DNA of 32,000 nt from Candidatus Arthromitus sp. SFB-rat-Yit (lineage in GTDB: Bacteria; Bacillota; Clostridia; Clostridiales; Clostridiaceae): NCBI RefSeq assembly GCF_000283555.1, contig NC_016012.1, positions 1,385,080-1,417,079 on the forward strand. Reading direction: 5' to 3'. The position numbers and the translations under genes are program-made. The first letter of the stretch is position 1, and each line of letters begins with the position of its first letter. Of this stretch, positions 29,516 to 32,000 are shown one piece after another. The notes beneath the pieces are model-generated. The model made no database searches. It saw only the letters and a program-made list of their open reading frames with translations, and was not told the DNA's origin.

Positions 29516-31954
29516 TTAAGGCTTCTTAAAATAAAAAATTTCATTGTCTTTTAACACAGCTTCCACATTATCTCCAGATTTAATGTTTCCTAATAATATT
29601 TGGTCAGACAAAGTATCCTCAATATATTTAGTTATAGACCTTCTTAATGGCCTAGCCCCATATTTTTCACTCAAACTATTATCAAGTATATAATTCTTTA
29701 CATCTTCACTAAAATTAATTGATATATCTTGACTTGACACTCTAATATTAAAATCAAGTAGCATCTTATCTAATATTTTTGTGAGACTTTTTTTATCCAG
29801 CGGTTTAAATACTATCACATCATCTAATCTATTTAAAAACTCAGGTCTAAAATTTTTCTTAAGCTCACTCAAAACATTATTTTTCATTTTAGTATAAATT
29901 TCTTCTTCATTATTCTTGTGATTTATAAAACCTAATGATGAATTTTTATTAATTATATCTGCTCCTATGTTTGACGTTAATATTATTATTGTATTTTTAA
30001 AACTAACTCTCTTCCCATTTGAATCTGTTAAATGTCCATCTTCTAAAATTTGTAGCATTATATTAAATATATCCGGATGAGCCTTCTCTATTTCATCAAA
30101 TAATATAATAGAATATGGTGATCTCCTGACTTTCTCTGTCAATTGTCCCCCCTCTTGGAATCCAATATACCCTGGTGGTGATCCAATAATCTTTGATACC
30201 GTATGTTTTTCCATAAATTCAGACATATCAAATCTTATTATATTCTCTTCACTTCCAAAAACAATATCTGATAGAGCCTTACACAATTCAGTTTTACCAA
30301 CTCCAGTAGGCCCTAAAAATATAAATGAACCAATAGGTCTTTTAGGATCCTTAATTCCAACACGTCCACGTTTAACAGCCTTAGCAACAGATGTTACAGC
30401 CTCATTTTGATCTATTACTCTATTTTTTAACATTTCCTCTAATTTTAATAATTTTTCCGATTCTGTTTGTGTTAATTTTTCAACTGGTATCTTAGTCCAG
30501 CTTGCTACAACAGACGCTAACTCCTGCTCAGTAAGTATAAATTCCTTGTCATATTTTTCAACTTTCCACTTCTCTTTTGAATTTTCCAATCTTTCTTTAA
30601 GTTTCTGTTCTTTATCCCTAAGCGAAGCTGCCTTCTCAAAATCTTCTAAAGTTATCGCTTCTTGCTTTTCCTTACCAACTTTTGCTATTTCCTCTTCTAT
30701 TTCTTTAACTTCAATAGGTACTGTTAAATTTCTAACCCTTATTTTTGCAGCAGCCTCATCAATTAAATCTATAGCTTTATCTGGTAAATATCTATCTGGG
30801 ATAAATCTAACAGATAGACTAACCGCAAACCTTATAGCTTCATCAGTAATTTTTACTTTATGATGAGTTTCATATTTATCTCTTATACCCATTAATATAT
30901 CTATCGTTTCATCCTCATTAGGTTCTCCAACAAATATGGGTTGAAATCTTCGTTCTAAAGCCGTATCTTTTTCTATATATTTTCTATATTCATCAATAGT
31001 TGTGGCTCCTATACACTGTATTTCTCCTCTAGCTAAGGCTGGTTTTAATATATTAGATGCATCTATAGCTCCCTCGGCTCCACCAGCACCAATTATTGTA
31101 TGTATCTCATCTATAAACAAAATTATATTTTTGGATTTTTTTATCTCTTCCATTATTTTCTTTAATCTTTCCTCAAATTCTCCTCTGTATTTTGTTCCAG
31201 CAATCAAAGAAGATAAATCTAAGGTCACAACACGTTTATTTTTCAATATCTCCGGTATATTACCTTCTGTTATTTTTTGTGCTAACCCCTCGATAATAGC
31301 TGTTTTACCAACTCCCGGATCACCTATTAAACATGGATTATTTTTTATTCTTCTACACAATATTTCAAGAACTCTTTGTGTTTCTATATCTCTTCCTATA
31401 ACAGGATCTAATTTCCCTTCATTAGCCAATTTTGTAAGATCTCTGCCATGCTGATCCAATACAGGTGTCGGTAAATTTTTAAGTTGTTGTTCTTTTTCGT
31501 GTGGATTTTGTATATCAATTGTAACATTAAGGGCATTTATAGTTTGGTTCCATATTTTTACTATGGACACACCTTTTTTATCTAGTATCTTATAAGCAAC
31601 TCCGTCAGTTTCATTTATAATAGATAGTAGTATATGTTCAGGAGATACATGATTATGCCCTAATTTCTTAGCCTCATCTATACTGCTCTCTATAACCTTT
31701 TTAGTCCTAGGTGTTAATGGTATCTCACTATTTTTTATTTCTATCTCTCCTGGAGATAAAATAGTTCTAATTTCCTTAAATATATCATCATAATATACAT
31801 CAAAAGAATTTAAAATTTTCTGTGCAGGTCCATCCTCTCTTAGTAAACCAAGTAATATATGTTCTGTTCCTATAAATCCATGACCCAACTTTAGTGCATC
31901 ATCACCCGAATAGCTTATAACCTTTCTAGCCCTTTCAGTTAATTTTTCAAACAT
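29516..31954 (-). CDS. clpC: ATP-dependent Clp protease ATP-binding subunit ClpC (class III stress AAA+ chaperone)
   Basis: 812 aa. Duplicated Clp-N repeat (GTEHILLGLLRE / SPEHILLSIINE), two Walker A sites (GDPGVGKT, GPTGVGKT), and a UVR-like linker (...FEKAASLRDKEQKLKE). Confidence 0.94.
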   Translation of the reverse strand: MFEKLTERARKVISYSGDDALKLGHGFIGTEHILLGLLREDGPAQKILNSFDVYYDDIFKEIRTILSPGEIEIKNSEIPLTPRTKKVIESSIDEAKKLGHNHVSPEHILLSIINETDGVAYKILDKKGVSIVKIWNQTINALNVTIDIQNPHEKEQQLKNLPTPVLDQHGRDLTKLANEGKLDPVIGRDIETQRVLEILCRRIKNNPCLIGDPGVGKTAIIEGLAQKITEGNIPEILKNKRVVTLDLSSLIAGTKYRGEFEERLKKIMEEIKKSKNIILFIDEIHTIIGAGGAEGAIDASNILKPALARGEIQCIGATTIDEYRKYIEKDTALERRFQPIFVGEPNEDETIDILMGIRDKYETHHKVKITDEAIRFAVSLSVRFIPDRYLPDKAIDLIDEAAAKIRVRNLTVPIEVKEIEEEIAKVGKEKQEAITLEDFEKAASLRDKEQKLKERLENSKEKWKVEKYDKEFILTEQELASVVASWTKIPVEKLTQTESEKLLKLEEMLKNRVIDQNEAVTSVAKAVKRGRVGIKDPKRPIGSFIFLGPTGVGKTELCKALSDIVFGSEENIIRFDMSEFMEKHTVSKIIGSPPGYIGFQEGGQLTEKVRRSPYSIILFDEIEKAHPDIFNIMLQILEDGHLTDSNGKRVSFKNTIIILTSNIGADIINKNSSLGFINHKNNEEEIYTKMKNNVLSELKKNFRPEFLNRLDDVIVFKPLDKKSLTKILDKMLLDFNIRVSSQDISINFSEDVKNYILDNSLSEKYGARPLRRSITKYIEDTLSDQILLGNIKSGDNVEAVLKDNEIFYFKKP

Positions 31955-32000
31955 CAGATTACCACCTTTTTTAATTTTTATCTATTATCTTTATATTTTT

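Noticed and set aside
31002-31454. 150-aa plus-strand ORF; also 30546..30863, 15626..15973, 13355..13576, 17494..17730, 18306..18539, 2083..2442, 3051..3365, 26349..26630, 28029..28262 and the other plus-strand track entries
   Set aside because: All are fully embedded antisense to strongly conserved minus-strand genes (clpC, rpoC, rpoB, rplE/rplX, rpsQ/rplN, rlmB, cysS). Their products are Ser/Leu/Phe/Ile-rich low-complexity strings typical of the reverse complement of AT-rich coding sequence. None has a convincing SD or start context.
31971-32000. Possible 3' end of another minus-strand gene upstream of clpC (open frame ...KNIKIIDKN-stop)
   Set aside because: Only 9 codons are visible. In AT-rich sequence this is not evidence of coding. 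I cannot tell whether ctsR, mcsA or mcsB or anything else precedes clpC.
31955-32000. CtsR operator (GGTCAAA direct repeat) expected upstream of clpC
   Set aside because: No GGTCAAA heptad occurs in the 46 nt available. The regulatory region, if any, lies outside the window.

Overview
This window is a strongly AT-rich stretch of core chromosome from a low-GC Gram-positive (Clostridia/Bacilli-type) bacterium. All 40 coding genes I can support lie on the minus strand. They form the classic Firmicutes translation/transcription macro-cluster. In transcription order (high to low coordinates) it reads clpC, ispD-cysS-mrnC-rlmB-yacP(rae1)-sigH, tuf (copy 2), rpmG-secE-nusG, rplK-rplA, rplJ-rplL, rpoB-rpoC, rpsL-rpsG-fusA-tuf (copy 1), the complete S10 operon (rpsJ to rpsQ), and the start of the spc operon (rplN to rpsE, truncated at the window edge). 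I found no rRNA, tRNA, CRISPR array, transposase, integrase, toxin or defence-like gene. Every plus-strand ORF in the supplied track is an antisense shadow of a minus-strand gene. I see no evidence of a novel biological system here; this is an ordinary, highly conserved region. Five observations go beyond routine annotation. (1) A 1,227-bp, 100% identical direct duplication of tuf, checked base by base, brackets about 14 kb of essential genes. (2) A 72-nt perfect palindrome sits at the rplL 3' end. (3) Start codons need substantial correction: 12 of 40 genes appear to use TTG or GTG, and several ORF-track entries are over-extended at the 5' end. (4) rpmG (L33, 49 aa) is missing from the ORF track. 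(5) Ribosomal protein L24 carries a Cys4 motif at its C-terminus. Several sigma-A-type promoters with exact 17-nt spacers and several hairpin terminators are proposed from sequence alone.
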